From Heterodontus francisci (Eukaryota), in contig NC_090404.1 in assembly GCF_036365525.1 (NCBI RefSeq), positions 5,456,001-5,520,000 on the forward strand: 64,000 bases of DNA, written 5' to 3'. This document shows positions 11,609-25,445 of this stretch, piece by piece; within the stretch, counting starts at the first letter, position 1, and every line of letters begins with the position of its first letter. Position numbers and translations under genes: made by a program. The notes under the pieces are model-generated. The model was not told where the DNA came from, ran no database searches, and was given only the letters and a program-made list of their open reading frames with translations.

Positions 11609-13362
11609 TGTCAAGACCGAGGTGGGAGTAATGCACTGTCAATTCAGTGCCACCACTCCACAGGTCGCACCATAGTATTAAAGTTGTCCCACCCACCAGA
11701 AAACAGACACATTAAACATTTTATTAATCCCCAGAATAAAATACACTAAAACCTGGAAACTTTAGACGACAACAAATTAGCTATTTATTAATAAACTAAA
11801 TCTTAAACACTATTGAGATAACTTTATGGCTAAAGACCTTATAACTTCTTTATTGTCATAACCACCCTCCCCCCATGCACACACACATCGGGCTGAATTT
11901 TACCAGCACCTCGATGTCATGGGTCATGGAGCGGGGACCGGTAAAATTCTGCAAAGAGAGGCCCGCCTCGACCCGTGACCCGTGACATCGGTGAGGACCC
12001 GGAGCCTATTACCGGCAGCGTGGGAACCTTAGTTCAACCACTCACGCACGACCACCGCCACCACCACCCCCCCCCATCCCCTCCCACCGCCACCCCCGCC
12101 GCCTGGGTCATCTGCATATGCATATTGTACCAAATGTGATGCAAATAAATTTAACGGCCATCCCACACCGATTTTACGGCCACCGTTCATCTTTCGCGCA
12201 CCTTCGGAACTGCGCACCGAGTTCTGAGTTGAGAACCTGGGTGGATGAATACAATTTTCAGGGCGGGAGGGGTAGAGAAGCGGGGAGATCAATTTTTATT
12301 AGATGTGGGGATGGTTAGAAAGGGTTATAGGCCAAATGTTAGAAGTTGTGGGTAAAGTTCAGGGAGGGGAAAAAAGGCATGTTTTGATTATTCTGTGGAA
12401 TTGAAATGACCATTGATGGGTTGGGGAAGGGCCTCATATCTTTATTACCTGTTTAATAAAAAATGTCGTGTACTTTGCCTTTAAAAAATAAAACTTCATC
12501 TGTGGGCTTAAAGCCCTTTAAAAATGGCGCCGGCGCCTGTGCTGTGGCGCCTGACGCCGTTGCCGCTGGTCCACCCCGCATGTAATATCATGGGAGTTCC
12601 TCCGCGGCACCTCTGTGTCGGCGGCCGCCGAGTTGAAAGCATGTCGCCGCGGAAAACGGGCACGTGATTAAAATTCAGTCCAGATATTCAAAACTCAATG
12701 GTTAACCGGTTTTAAACATAGTATTTCTTGGGAATAAAATAAGTGGCTGCTTTTTAAGTCCTGCTGGGTTACGTTCCCGGTTGATGAGGTGTCCCAGAGT
12801 ACAATAAGCAGATGCCACTCGAAGTCTCCAGGCGACAAAACAGTCTTTAATAGATAGGTATTCAAAACATTTCAACTGCAGCAGGTGTCACACAATTCTG
12901 TCAACGAGGAATATAGCAACAGGTCTATTTGGATTTAGAAATTGGTAGTTTTTTAGTAGAAACTTTACTGAGAATTCCAGCACACACAAACAGACGAAAG
13001 AGAGTCACTCTTGAAGCAAATAATTCCGAAGTGAAAAGGAATTTCTAGCATCAACAATGCAAATGCTTTTTCCAGGGTTTCTTTCTCCTTCGACAATACA
13101 CAACCTAAACATAAATGTAGATTTTCCTGCTAAGTGTGCATTCTGCACACTTCGCTGATCTCAAGGTTAGTCTGGTTTTTGCTGGTTTTTACACACAGTC
13201 AAACGTTGCAGTACAACATGTGACCTCCCACTCCTGCTGTTGCCTAGGAAACATGTACAGCTGCTGGCACACTGTGCCCCTTCGTTTTTAAAAGAACACT
13301 GTTTTTAAACAGAGTGTTCAAGGCAGACTGTTTTAAATAGAAGGGGGGAAAGTTCCATGACA
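11609..13362 (-). mobile_element. Probable solo LTR inserted in a CR1 ORF1 relic
   Basis: TGTCA...TGACA termini with a near 4-bp TSD (gaac/gcac). One end resembles the sequence at 28855-28922. Confidence 0.55.
11890..12681. mobile_element. Non-autonomous DNA transposon (MITE-like) nested in the LTR
   Basis: Terminal inverted repeats gggctgaatttta / taaaattcagtcc. Confidence 0.55.
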
Positions 13363-13948
13363 GCACCCACATGGACCAGGACAACTGGATCCCCTCCCCC
13401 TCCCACTACAAGTTCCTCTCTGGCCACGAGTCGATGTCCTGAACCCTGGCACTAGGCAGGCAGCAGAGCCATGTGGACTGGCACACTCAGCTGCAGGGGT
13501 ATCTATCTATCCCCTTGACTGTACTGTCCCATACAGACATGCCATTTCTATGTACACCACTCACCACCCACACCCCCCCCCCCCCCCGCCCGCCCCACCA
13601 CCACCACCACAACTTGAATGGCTCCCTGCACCATGGTGCGATGGTCAGTTAACTCATACAGCTTGCAACCCCTACTCTCGTCCATACAAGCTGCAAAAGC
13701 CTCGAACTTGTTGGACCTTCTGAATCCCCATGCCTGCCTTAGTCACAGTTACAATCTCCTATTCCTGGTCACCAACAAAATCAGAGGACCCTAGCCTCCA
13801 GGGTGTGACTGCCTTCTGGAACAAAGTGCCCAGGCAACTTTCCCCTTCCCTGATGAATCTCTGTGTCCGAAGTCTAATGGTGACCATGAAACCATTGTTG
13901 ATTGTTGTATAAACAAACATCTGGTTCACTAATGTTTTTTAGGGAAGG

Positions 13949-16900
13949 CCTAGTCACTGGGGAGCAGAGGGAGAACGGACCCGGAGGGGCGGAGCATCGA
14001 AGCTATGATTATAAATAACGTACCTCGAGGATTTCACGGCCTAGTCACAGGGGACCAGAGGTAGAGCAGACCCGAAGGGGCGGAGCATCAGAGCTGTGAG
14101 TATAAATAACTTACCTCGGGAATTTCGCGGCCTAGTCACCGGGGAGTGGATATAGAGCAGACCCGCAGGGGCGGAGCTGCTTTCGCTGCTTCAGTGCTCC
14201 AACAGAAACTGAGAAAAATCTGAAATAAGTGACGTCACAGGAAAACTGGTCGGGAATCTGCACTAAATTTGACAAACTATTTGAAAATTTTGAAAGCCTA
14301 ATTAACTAAAATAAAGAAGAGATGGCAGGGTGGGCGACGTGCCACAGCTGCATGATGTTGGAGCTGGTAGATCCCATTGCGAGCCACAGTGACGACATCT
14401 GCAGCAAGTGCTTGCAGCTCAAAGAACTTCAGCTCAGAGTTGATGGGCTAAAGTCCGAGCTTCAGACACCGCGGCACATCAGGGAGGGTGAGAGGTTCCT
14501 GGACACTGTGCTTACAGCAGTCTCACCGTGTAGATTAAGCATCTCAAATTCGGCCAGTGGTCAGGGACAGGAGGATGTGACTGCAAGTGAGGCAGGTAGA
14601 GGGATCCTGAATTCAGCAATGGAGGTGCCTCAGCTCTTGACCTTGCCTAACAGGTATGAGGTACTTGCTCCCTGTGTGGATGAGGAAAAGGACTGTAGGG
14701 ATGATGAACAAACTGACCACTGCACCGTGGTACAAGAGGCCATTCATGCGGGGGGAGCAAAAAGAAAAGTGGTAGTGGTAGGGATTCCATAATTAAGAGT
14801 ACTGATAGCATCCTTTGTAAGCAGGACCGAGAGTCCCGCATGGTATGTTGCCTACCTGGTGCTAGGTGAGGGACAATTCTAACTCGTTTGAAAGGATATT
14901 GGAGAGAGAGGGAAAGGATCGAGTTGTTGTGGTCCACGTTGAGACAACCAACATAGGCAAGACTAGGCAAGAGGGCTTGTTTGGGGATTATCAGGAACTA
15001 GGAACACAATTAAAAAACAGGTCCTCAAGGGTTATAATCGCTAGATTATTACCCGAACCACGTGCACATTGGCATAGAGATAAGCAAATTAGGGAAGTAA
15101 CATGTGGCTAAAGGAGTGGTGTGGGAAAGACGGGTTCAATTTCATGGGGCACTGGCATCAGTATTGGGACATGAGGGAACTGTACCGTTGGGACGGGCTC
15201 CACCTGACCCGATCTGGGGACAGTGTCCTGGCGGAAAGGATAAATAGGGTGGTCACAAGGACATTAACCTAGTAAATGGGAAGGGGAGGGGGAGGCCTCA
15301 GGGGAAGTCAATACACTTTCAAAAGCAAGTAATAAGTCAGAGAGTAAAAAAACAGTCAGGAACCCTACTTCAAGAATTGCAGGTAATGACAAAACTGCAA
15401 GAAGTATACTGGATAAATCAGAAGAGAGAAATAATAATAACAGGTGAATAAAGCATCAGTGCTGAGGGACAGTTTAGGGGGTATAGCCCAAATAAGAGTT
15501 CTATATACAAATGCAGGAATAAACTAGATGAGCTGCAGGCGCAAATTCAAATGGAAGATTATGATGTGGTGGCCATTGCAGAGATGTGGCTGCAGGATGG
15601 TCGGGACTGAGAACTAAATGTACCTGGTTATAAAGTTTACAGGAGGGACGGGGAAAACGGCAGAGGGGGTGGAGTAGCCTTACTGATTAGAAATAATATC
15701 ACCTCATTGGTGAGGGAGGATATAAAGAGGGGAAAGCATCCAGTGGAGACCTAATGGGTGGAATTGAGGAACAGAAAAGGATCTAAAACTGTAATGGGTG
15801 TTGTGTAGCAGTTCTGAGGTGTTAGATTGTATCAATCCAAAAATTAGGCAAGTGTGAAACATAGGAAGAGTAGTATTAATGGTGGATTTTAACTTGCACA
15901 TAGATTGGGAGAGGCAGACTAACACCTGTCAGAAAGATTGTGAATTTCTGGAATGTGTCCGGGATAGTTTCCGACAGCAATATGTCCCAGATGTAACAAG
16001 GGGACAGGCAATATTAGATTTAGTTATGTGTAATTAGCCAAATTTATTTAGTAGCCTAATTGTGCGTGAACATTTATCAAATAGTGATCACAACATGATC
16101 GAATTCAAGGTAACGTTTGAAAGTGAAAAGCACAAATCAGCTATTAGAATTTTAGACTTGGGTAAAGCTGACTTTACCGGGAGACAGAGACTGTCCACGG
16201 TAAACTGGGTAGATCTGGTAATGGGTCAAACGACTGAAGAACAGTGGAGAATATTTAAAGAAACATTTAATGAAATACAGAGCGAGTATATACCCCTGAG
16301 AGGAAAAAGCTCCACTTCACAGAAAAAACAGCCATGGACAACTAAAGAGATTAGGGATAGCATAAAACAAAAAGAAATGGCTTACAAAAATGCAAAACGC
16401 AGCACAGATGCGGCCGAATGGGATCGATACAAAGACCAGCAAAGGGTCACAAAGCAGCTTATAAGAGCTGCTAAAAGAGATTATGAAAGGAAACTTGCAA
16501 GGGACATCAAAATCAATAAGAAGAAATTTTATAGTTACATAAAGGGAAAACGGGTGGTCAAGAACAATAACAAGAAATGCTGGATTCACTCAGCAGGTCT
16601 GGCAGCATCTGTGGAAAGAGAAGCAGAGTTAACGTTTCGGGTCAGTGACCCTTCTTCGGAACTGACAAATATTAGAAAAGTCACAGATTATAAACAAGTG
16701 AGGTGGGGGTTGGGCAAGAGATAACAAAGGAGAAGGTGCAGATTGGACCAGGCCACATAGCTGACCAAAAGGTCACGGAGCAAAGGCAAACAATATGTTA
16801 ATGGTGTGTTGAAAGACAAAGCATTAGTACAGATTAGGTGTGAATATACTGAATATTGAACATCAGCAAGTGCAAACCTGAAGAAAAACAACCTGAAAAA

Positions 16901-19022
16901 AACAGTGGGTAAGCAAACTGAACAAACTAAGATGAAATGAAATAAATGCAAAAAAAGATTGTAAAAAATGTAAAAGGGAATGCAAAAAAAAAGGAAGAAA
17001 AAATAACTAAAAATGACTAAAAATGAAAGTAAAGTGGGGGGCTGTCATGCTCTGAAATTATTGAACTCAATGTTCAGTCCGGCAGGCTGTAGTGTGCCTA
17101 ATCGGTAGATGAGATGCTGTTCCTCGAGCTTGCGTTGATGTTCACTGGAACACTGCAGAAATCCCAGGACAGAGATGTGAGCATGAGAGCAGGGGGGAGT
17201 GTTTAAATGGCAAGCAACCGGAAGCTCAGGGTCCTGCTTGCGGACTGAGCGGAGATGTTCCGCAAAGCGGTCACCTGCGGTTGCTTGCCATTTCAACACT
17301 CCCCCCTGCTCTCATGCTTGAAAAGGAGGATAACTCCCGAAAAAATTAATAGCCTATAGGGGACAGGGACTTAATACAATTAACGTAAGTAAAACATCAG
17401 TAACAAGGAAATTAATGGAACTAAAGAGTGAGAAATCCACAGGACCTGACGGTTTCCATCCAAGGCTGTTAAAGGAAGTAGGGGAGCACATTGTAGATGC
17501 CCTAACTATAGTCTTTCAGAGTTCCCTAGATTCAGGAGTGGTCTCTCTGGATTGGAAAGTTGCACATGTCACTCCACTTTTTAAGAAGGGTGAAAGGGGG
17601 AACCAAGGAAATTACAGACCAGTTAGCCTGATATCTCTGGTAGGGAAGTTGCTGGAGTCTATAATCAAGGATAGGGTGACTGAACACCTAGAAAAAATTT
17701 TGTTAATCAGGGACAGCCAGCATGGATTCATGATGGGAAGGTCATGCCTGACAAATCTCATTGAATTTTTTGAAGAGTTGACTAAGGTAGTGGACAGGGG
17801 AATGTCTATGGATGTTATTTATATTGACTTCCAAAAGGCATTTGATAAAGTCCCACGTAAGACACTGTTAACTGAGGTAGAAGCCCATAGAGATGAGGGC
17901 AAATTATTGACATGGTGAGGAAGTTGGTTGAGTGGCAGGCGACAGAGAGTGGGGGTAATGGGTAAGTACTCTGACTGACAGGATGTAACAAGTGGTGTCC
18001 CACAGGGATCTGTGTTGGTGCCTCAATTATTCACATTATTCATTAACAACTTGGATGATGACATAGTAAGTCATATATCCAAATTTGCTGATGATACAAA
18101 GTTAGGCGGCATTGTAGACAGTCTAGATGATAGCATAAAATTTCAAGGAGATATTGACAGACTAGGTGAATGGGCAAAACTGTGGCAGATGGATTTCAAT
18201 GCGGGCAAGTGTGAGGTTATCCATTTTAGACCAAAAAAGGATAGAGCAGGGTACTTTCTAAATGGGAAGAGGTTAAGTACAGTGGATGTCCAAAGAGACT
18301 TGGGGGTTCAGTTGCATAGATCTTTAAAATGCCGCGAGCAAGTGCAGAAAATAATCAAAAAGGCTAATGGAATGTTCGCCTTTATATCTAGAGGATTGGA
18401 GTATAAAGACACAGAGGTTATGCTGCAGCTGTACAAAACCCTGGTTAGACCCCACTTGGAGTACTGTGAGCTGTTCTGGGTACCACACCTTAGGAAGGAT
18501 ATATTGGCCTTGGAGGGAGTGCAACGTAGGTTTACAAGAATGATAGCAGGACTACAGGGATTAAGTTACAAGGAGGGATTACACAAATTAGGCCTGTTTT
18601 CACTAGAATTTAGAAGGTTAAGGTGTGATCTGATTGAAGTCTTCAAGATATGAACAGGAAAAGACAGGCTAGATAAAGATAAACTATTTCCACTGGTTGG
18701 AGATCCTAAAACTAGGGGACATAGTCTAAACATTAGGGCCAGACCGTTCAGGAGAGATGTTAGGAAGCACTTCTTCACGCAAAAGGTGGTAGAGGTTTGG
18801 AACTCGCTCCCACAAACAGCAGTTGACGCTATAACAGTTGTTAATTTTAAATCTGAGATAGATAGATTTTTGTTCAGCAAAGATATTAAGGGATATGGGC
18901 CAAAGGCAGGTATATGGAGTTAGGCCGTGGATCAGCCATGATCGTATTGAATGGCGGGACAGGCTCGAGGGGCTGAATGGCCTACTCCTGTTCCTATCTT
19001 CCTATGTTCCGATGTTCCTATG
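13949..19022 (+). mobile_element. Near full-length CR1 LINE, defective, inserted into a SINE-like element
   Basis: 5' UTR has three ~90-bp tandem repeats. ORF1 has a Cys motif and esterase-like VVVVHVETTNI; ORF2 has the endonuclease region and RT (KFADDTKLGG). The tail is (tatgttcc)n, and the flanks rejoin as agggaagg|aaagctgcc. Confidence 0.92.
16565..17320 (-). mobile_element. Penelope-like element 3' part (GIY-YIG C-terminus plus terminal repeat) nested in the CR1
   Basis: ORF 17045-17299 reads RFAEHLRSV...VACHLN...EQHLIYRLGTLQPAGLN. There is a short inverted 5' duplication at 17277-17318. Confidence 0.85.
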
Positions 19023-19471
19023 AAAGCTGCCGCCCTGACCTGGTCTGGCCTACATGAGACTCCAGCCCCACAGCAATGTGGTTGACTCTTAACTGCTGTC
19101 TGAAATGGCCTAACAAGCTACTCAGTTCAAGGGCAATTTGGGATGGGCAATAAATGCTGGTCTAACCAGTGACGCTCACATCCCACGGACGAATGAAAAA
19201 AGTTCAGCCTCCAGTCATTAAATTTGAACCATGGTTCCTGGAGCCAGAGACAGTCACTGCAGGTGTGGTTGCAGGAGATCACACTGGTGTTCACCAGCTC
19301 CCATGTAGTGCTGGATTGAGGGAAGCTACCGGGTCTGAGGCTCCGTCCTTCAATTCAGATGTTTAACTGAGGCCCCGCCAGCCTGTTCTACAAATTTTAA
19401 CACCCATTCTGTCAATATTCTCACAATATGGTTTAAGCTGATCCAGTGAGAAGTATGAAATCCACCGCATG

Positions 19472-19812
19472 GGGCGGCACAGCGGCGCAGTGGTTAGCAC
19501 CGCAGCCTCACAGCTCCAGCGACCCCGGTTCAATTCTGGGTACTGCCTGTGTGGAGTTTGTAAGTTCTCCCCGTGTCTGTGTGGGTTTCCTCCGGGTGCT
19601 CCGGTTTCCTCCCACATGTCAAAGACTTGCAGGTTGATAAGTTAATTGGCCATTGTAAATTGCCCCTAGTATAGGTAGGGAAATATAGGGACAGGTGGGG
19701 ATGTGGTTGGAATATGGGATTAGTGGAGGATTAGTATAAATGGGTGGTTGATGGTCGGCACAGACTCGGTGGGCCGAAGGGCCTGTTTCAGTGCTGTATC
19801 TCTAAACTAACA
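19472..19812 (+). mobile_element. Full-length tRNA-derived SINE (HE1-like)
   Basis: A box (ggcgcagtggttagc), B box (ggttcaattc) and tail ctaaactaa. Confidence 0.85.
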
Positions 19813-19849
19813 CAAAACATCCTTTGCAGAGTTATATTTCACCTTTGGG

Positions 19850-20310
19850 TCTGTCTCAGTTATCGCATGCACTCGACATGATCTCTGTTTATAACAAACT
19901 GAACCCTGTCTCAGGTATACTGCAGCAGACCATTTCCCTGTTCCTGTTACGCTTGGCACAATCACACTTATTAATGTTTATAACACAGTAGACACTGTCT
20001 CTCTTTATATTGCACTAGACCCTGTTTCAGTTATTACTGCACTGGACTATGTCGCTGCTTATTTTACCGTGCCGTGTAAAATACTTTACTAAACCCTGTA
20101 TCTGCTTATATTATGGGAGGCCCGGCCTCAGTAATTATGCATTAGGCCTGCCTCTGTTTATGCTACATTAAGGATTATCTTTGTTGTGACTAGATTGGGT
20201 CATGCCTCTGTTATATTACATTAGACCTTTTCACTTTTATACCACTCTAGGCCCTATCTCAGTTATTACTTCATTAGACCATACCTCTGTTTATATTCCG
20301 CAGTACATTA
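19850..20310. repeat. Degenerate minisatellite (~35-bp unit, ctctgtttatatt..actagacc)
   Basis: Recurrent imperfect units visible by eye. Confidence 0.5.
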
Positions 20311-21439
20311 TCAATATCTGTATCGTCAGATGGAGAGATAACGATACAGAGACATAAATCAACCTAACTGCAATTCAGTGACTCTAAATTCCCCTCATAT
20401 AGTAGAGGCTTGTCACTCAGACCCCTTCCTGTCCAAACTAGAACCCCTCACCTACCAAATAACAGCTTTCTGTGTCTCAGACTACGTCCCCCAGGTGCAG
20501 AAGAATCCAAGAGGAATTGTCTGTATCCAGGCTGGTTGTAGTGGGGGCCGGGGGAGGCTTATGCCATGTACCAGTGTCCCGACTGCTTCCTTCCTGGACC
20601 AGTCTGAGACTTCTGCCGCTGGGATCTGAGTAAAAGGACTGTTCCCTGGGATCATATTTTAACCATTGAGTTCAGACTGGCTCTGAGCTGATCCACTGAG
20701 GGAACATTGATCAGATCTTCCTGTTACATATATAATTGTTTATTTTAACCTGCTGTTTGTTTATGCCTGTTAATTCTCTGTTTTTGTTTCAATTTCGCTT
20801 TCTAATGATTTTCCCCAACTGTTCATGGCAACCGTGGGGGGGGGGGGGGGGGGGGGGGCTGGGGATGTGAAGCAAATGGGGAAGATAAGGTGAATGCAGA
20901 AAAATGAAGAGCAGAATGGATGGGAATAAATAGAGCTAAAAAAAAGATCAAAGCACAGATTTGCTGGTTAAAATTGTGAAAGAGTACAATGAAAGAAAAA
21001 GCTGAGCAATGTACCAGTGGAAGTGAGTGAGGCCCCCATGGTTGATCAATCCTATCCCTCTATGTACTCAATGTTTAAAATCTGATCTATGCAGCTGAGT
21101 GCGGCTCCCCAGCTCGGTGCCTCTCGACACTCAATCGTTAAAGACCTGAGTAATCCACCTTTCCGGGTGATTGATGCCCCTCACAATGGATCATCTCAGT
21201 GCCTGCCAGGTCTCAATGGTTTAAGAATTGAGATTTTTACCTATGGAGGTGAGTGAGGCCATCAACGGCCTATCAGATCAGTGCATGTCTGCTTTCAAAG
21301 GTTAAAGATTTAATCAATGGAGTTGTGCAGGTGATTGAGCCCTCTTCCCTCCCGATTAGATCGGCCCAGTGCCTGTCTGTACACTTTCAGAGAGCTGCCC
21401 AAATGAATTACGTAGATACAGGTGAGACTGAGTAAATAA

Positions 21440-22230
21440 TAGAGAGACGCCACCAAGAGAAAACCAAACCATCTTCCCTTGCCATTCCACGATATTGCCA
21501 TCGCTGAACCGCCCCCACCCCACCCCACCCACCCATCCCACCCCACCCACCCACAACCAATCCACATCATGGAGTTACCATTGATCAGAAGCTGAACTGG
21601 ACCTGCCACATAAATACTATGGCTACAAGAGCAGGTCAGAATCTGGGAATTCTGCGACAAGTAACTCACCTCCTGACTCCCCAAAGCCTGTCCATCATCT
21701 ACAAGGTAAACGTCAGGAGTGTGATGGAATACTCTCCACTCACCTGGATGGGTGCAGCTCCAATAACACCCAGGAAGCTTGATACCATCCAGGCCAAAGC
21801 AGCCCACTTGATCGGCATTCCATCCACCATCTTAGACATTCATGTCCTCCATCACCGATGCACAGTGGCAGTAACATTGGAGCAAGTCGCCAAGGCTCCT
21901 TAGACAGCACCTTCCAAATCCACGACCTCTACCAACTAGAAGGACAAGGGCAGCAAATGCATGGGAACACCACCACCTGCAAGTTCTCCTCCAATTCACA
22001 CACCATCCTGACTTGGAACTATATCTCTGCTTCTTTGCTGTAGCTGGGTCAAAATCCTGGAACCCCCGCCCCCACCCCCACGAACAGCACTGTGGGTGTG
22101 CCTGCACCAGATGGACTGCAGCCGTTCAAGAAGGCAGCTCACCATCACCTTCTTAAGGGCAATTAGGGATGGGCAATAAACGTTGGCCTAGCCAGCGACT
22201 CTGACATCCCGTGAAATGAATAAAATGAAA
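21440..22230 (+). mobile_element. L2/Crack-like LINE 3' fragment
   Basis: IYKVNVRSVMEYSPLTWMGA; tail agggcaattagggatgggcaataaa. Confidence 0.8.
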
Positions 22231-22377
22231 CAACAAAGGGACATGGATAAAGGTGAGACTGAGTACGAAGAGAGACCCCAACAAAAGAAGATAGATAAAG
22301 ACTGAGTACGATGACACAACTTGCATTTATGTACCACTGCGTCACCCTCTGTATTAGGTTTACCTAAGTACGGTGAG

Positions 22378-22620
22378 CAAGCGGTGGTCTAGTGGTAATG
22401 ACAGGGGACTGGTAGTTTTAGAGCCCAGGCTAGTGCATCCAGGACACAGGTTCGAATTCTTCCACAACACAGGGCGAAATTTAAGTTCGATTAATGATAA
22501 CCATATTTGATTGTTATAAAAACCCATCAGGTGCAGTAATGTCCTTTAGGGAAGGAAATTTGCCGTGCGTACCTCGTCTAACCTACATGTGACTCCAAAC
22601 ATAAAGCAAAGTGGTTCAAT
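22378..22620 (+). mobile_element. tRNA-headed SINE-like fragment
   Basis: A/B-box-like ggtctagtggtaa and ggttcgaatt; the body matches 13870-13948 and 61340-61455. Confidence 0.55.
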
Positions 22621-22624
22621 TCCT

Positions 22625-23660
22625 AACCTTTTACCCCGTGCATATTTCCGATACAGAGATGATACGTTTGCTATATTTGAATGTGCAGCTGATGTAAGAA
22701 TTCCTTTACACACCTTAATGCGATCCATCCCACGCTGAAATCCACCTTTGAAATATAGCAGTCCAATGAGCTCCCTTTCCTCGACGTGCTCGTTGAGAAA
22801 TGGCTTGCCGACTACTGTCTATCACAAGCCTACCTTCACTGCTCAATATATGTTCTGGGATTCCTACAGCTCCACACACGATCTCGTAAATAGGGCCTGG
22901 GTCATTTACTCACCGTGCAAGCTTGATGCTGAAATAAAGCAGATCAAAGCTATCCTGCAGAATAATGGCTGGACTGATCAGATGATTGTTCATTGTGAAT
23001 ACACATACTTACGAATGGGCCTAAGGCCATCACCTTTGGACCTGAAATGTGCCCAATCTGCCTCATATTACGCTGGAAGTGTCAGGTATCTCAAAAATTT
23101 GAGTAACAGGTGAAACTAGTCGTTTCCGACTGCTACTACGTAGGCGCAACACGAGTGGCATTTTCCACCGACAGTATTTTGCCGTCAAGCCAAAGAGACG
23201 TTCTGCCTACAACGCAAATGAATAATGTGGTATATGAATTTCAGTGCTTGTGTGATGCCATGTACGTAGGCTGTAAGTCCCAATGACAGGCGGATCATAT
23301 CAAACAGCACGTCCCTTCGGGTGTTCGCCATAGGCGGAGTACTGACTGTACTTAACCAGCCCGTACTTGCAAAACTCAGAATGCAATGTCTAACATTAAA
23401 TATAATTCCTCGATTGGACAGCACTTGCCGAACAATCCTGAGTGTACTAAGAATTGCACGAACAACTAACTTAAGACCATCAGTCGGCTTCGCCTTGTGA
23501 CTCACTAACACATGCTAGCCTGGACCAATCAGCACCCTTTTCTCATGCACTATAAATTGTTGCTCCCTTTGAAATTTGGCATTCTTGCAACTGTCCTGAT
23601 GAGTGCAAGATGGAAACATTCAATATCATGTCTCTTATACAACAATATTCAAATACCTGT
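22625..23660 (+). mobile_element. Penelope-like retroelement (RT C-terminus plus GIY-YIG), degraded
   Basis: FRYRDDTFAIF, TTVYHKPTFT, VVYEFQCLCDAMYVG; hammerhead-like core CTGATGA...GAAAC at ~23596-23617. Confidence 0.85.
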
Positions 23661-24979
23661 TAATGCACTTATGTTGATCCTGGTTGAAGGGAGGAATGTT
23701 GACCAGGATACAATGCGGAAACATGCGAGCCTTTAATGCCCATTTAATCAGACAAGGGGTGGAGGAGGGATTATTGGTTCAGATTGTCCCCAGAAAGATA
23801 GTGTCCTTTCAGCATTTGACCGATTGGAAACCTGGTTAATATACCCGGGTTCAGAAGTTGAAGTGGAATCCACAATCTCCTGATTCTGAAATCAGAACCA
23901 GGCCACAATAGCCAAGCAACTACAAAAATGCTTAATGAGCTAAGGTGCCATTTTATATCTACAGTTTCACCTTGACATTGGTTAATACCGTTACTGTTGA
24001 GCTTCCATATACTGATATCACAAATAGCAATTTCAGGAGAACAATTACGACAGCACAGAAGGAGGCCATTTGTCTCATCGTTGCGGCTCCTTGAACGAGA
24101 TATCCAATCAGTTTCATTCCCCTGGTCTTTCTCCAAAGCCCCGAAACTCGCAAGCTACAATAAAACCGAACTTCACAAATCCACCTGTGGCGGTGTAATT
24201 TACTTTTTTGTCCTTTGTTGCCCTTTCTGCGCCGACCTGCAATATGAAGCAACCCTTTCCCATCTCCCCCTGCCGCTTTTCCCAAGTCTTTGACCGCAGC
24301 CTGTTTGCAGGGTTTTTTTGATCAGAGTGTCTGGCTGACGCAGAGACAGTTCATGCACAATGAGCAGATTTACAAGGCAGTGACTGTGATCTTTAAAGCT
24401 AGCCCCCCCAAGCACAGAGTTCCCTCAATGTCCATTGTGCTTCTCCTCAGTGCTGGAATATTTTCTGTCACCGTTAATAATCCCGAGCTTGCTGGTGATA
24501 ATGGCCAGATCGGGGTTTCATTCCCTCCCTGGTCTCTAAAAGTGCAGCCATTTCCCTATCAGGACTCTGACTGGAGCCCAGCTCGAGGTTCATTCACTGA
24601 CAGGCAGCTCACGACCGAACAGTCTCACAGAACCACTGGAGACACAAGGAAATGATCTGAGAGCAGACTGAGATATGGCAGCAGATTAGTGGGGGTGGTG
24701 ATAAGAACGGGTGCCTTCAAATATGTTTCTGTGGTGGATGCGAATGCCCGATTGGATTCTGCAGCTTGTTTTCTCGGCCGCTCCTGGAAACAGTTGGGTG
24801 ACAGTTTGATCCGAGGTTAATTTGGTTTCCTCTCGGTGTGTATTTGAGCGCCTGACAGCGCGCTGCACATTGTGGCTGCATCTGCCCGCGATTCTACACA
24901 ACCCCCAACAGACAGGAGCTCCCACCCACAGTCCAAAGGCAGTTTTTGTACAGGGGTGAGACTGCTTTCCATCACTGTG

Positions 24980-25445
24980 AGTCTGAGAGCGCAGTAATAC
25001 ACGGCAGAGTCAGTCAGCTGCAGCCCCGAGACGGTTAAACTGGTGAATTTATTCGCGGTCTGGAGCTTTACAGAGAAACGGGTTTTAGCAAAATCTGCTT
25101 TATATTCATAATCATCATAATCCTTCCTAAGAATAAACTCGGGCTGTGTATCTGGGTGTTGTCGGTACCAGTATAAAGAATAGCTGCTCCTTGTAGTATC
25201 ATAGGTACAGCTTAAAGTCACCGCTTCTCCTTCTGTCTTAACATCTGAGGGCAGGAGCTGAGTGACAGAATCTCCATGACTCCGATCTGAAAAACAAGTT
25301 TAAACAGGAAAAGATCAGACTGACGACTGTTTAAAATTCAGATTTAAAACATGTTTGTGAAATGGGAGAAAAGATGAAATGTGTTTAATCCACAATTACC
25401 TGTCAGAAATGCTCCCCACACAACCCAGATGCTGAGCAGCCGCAT
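24980..25445 (-). CDS. TCR alpha/delta V segment, apparently functional; leader 25400-25445, V exon 24980-25286
   Basis: MRLLSIWVVWGAFLT / DRSHGDSVTQ...LSCTYDTTRSSYSLYWYRQ...LTDSAVYYCALR; RSS CACAGTG-23-ACAAAAACT at 24941-24979. Confidence 0.93.

Larger units (their letters stand above)
2847..13005 (+). repeat. Left arm of ~10.1-kb inverted segmental duplication (NAR-TCR cassette 1)
   Basis: Near-identical reverse complement at ~34190-44183; many ORFs in the track appear as mirror pairs. Confidence 0.95.

Noticed and set aside
19472-19545. tRNA gene
   Set aside because: It is the tRNA-derived head of a SINE, continuous with the SINE body and tail.
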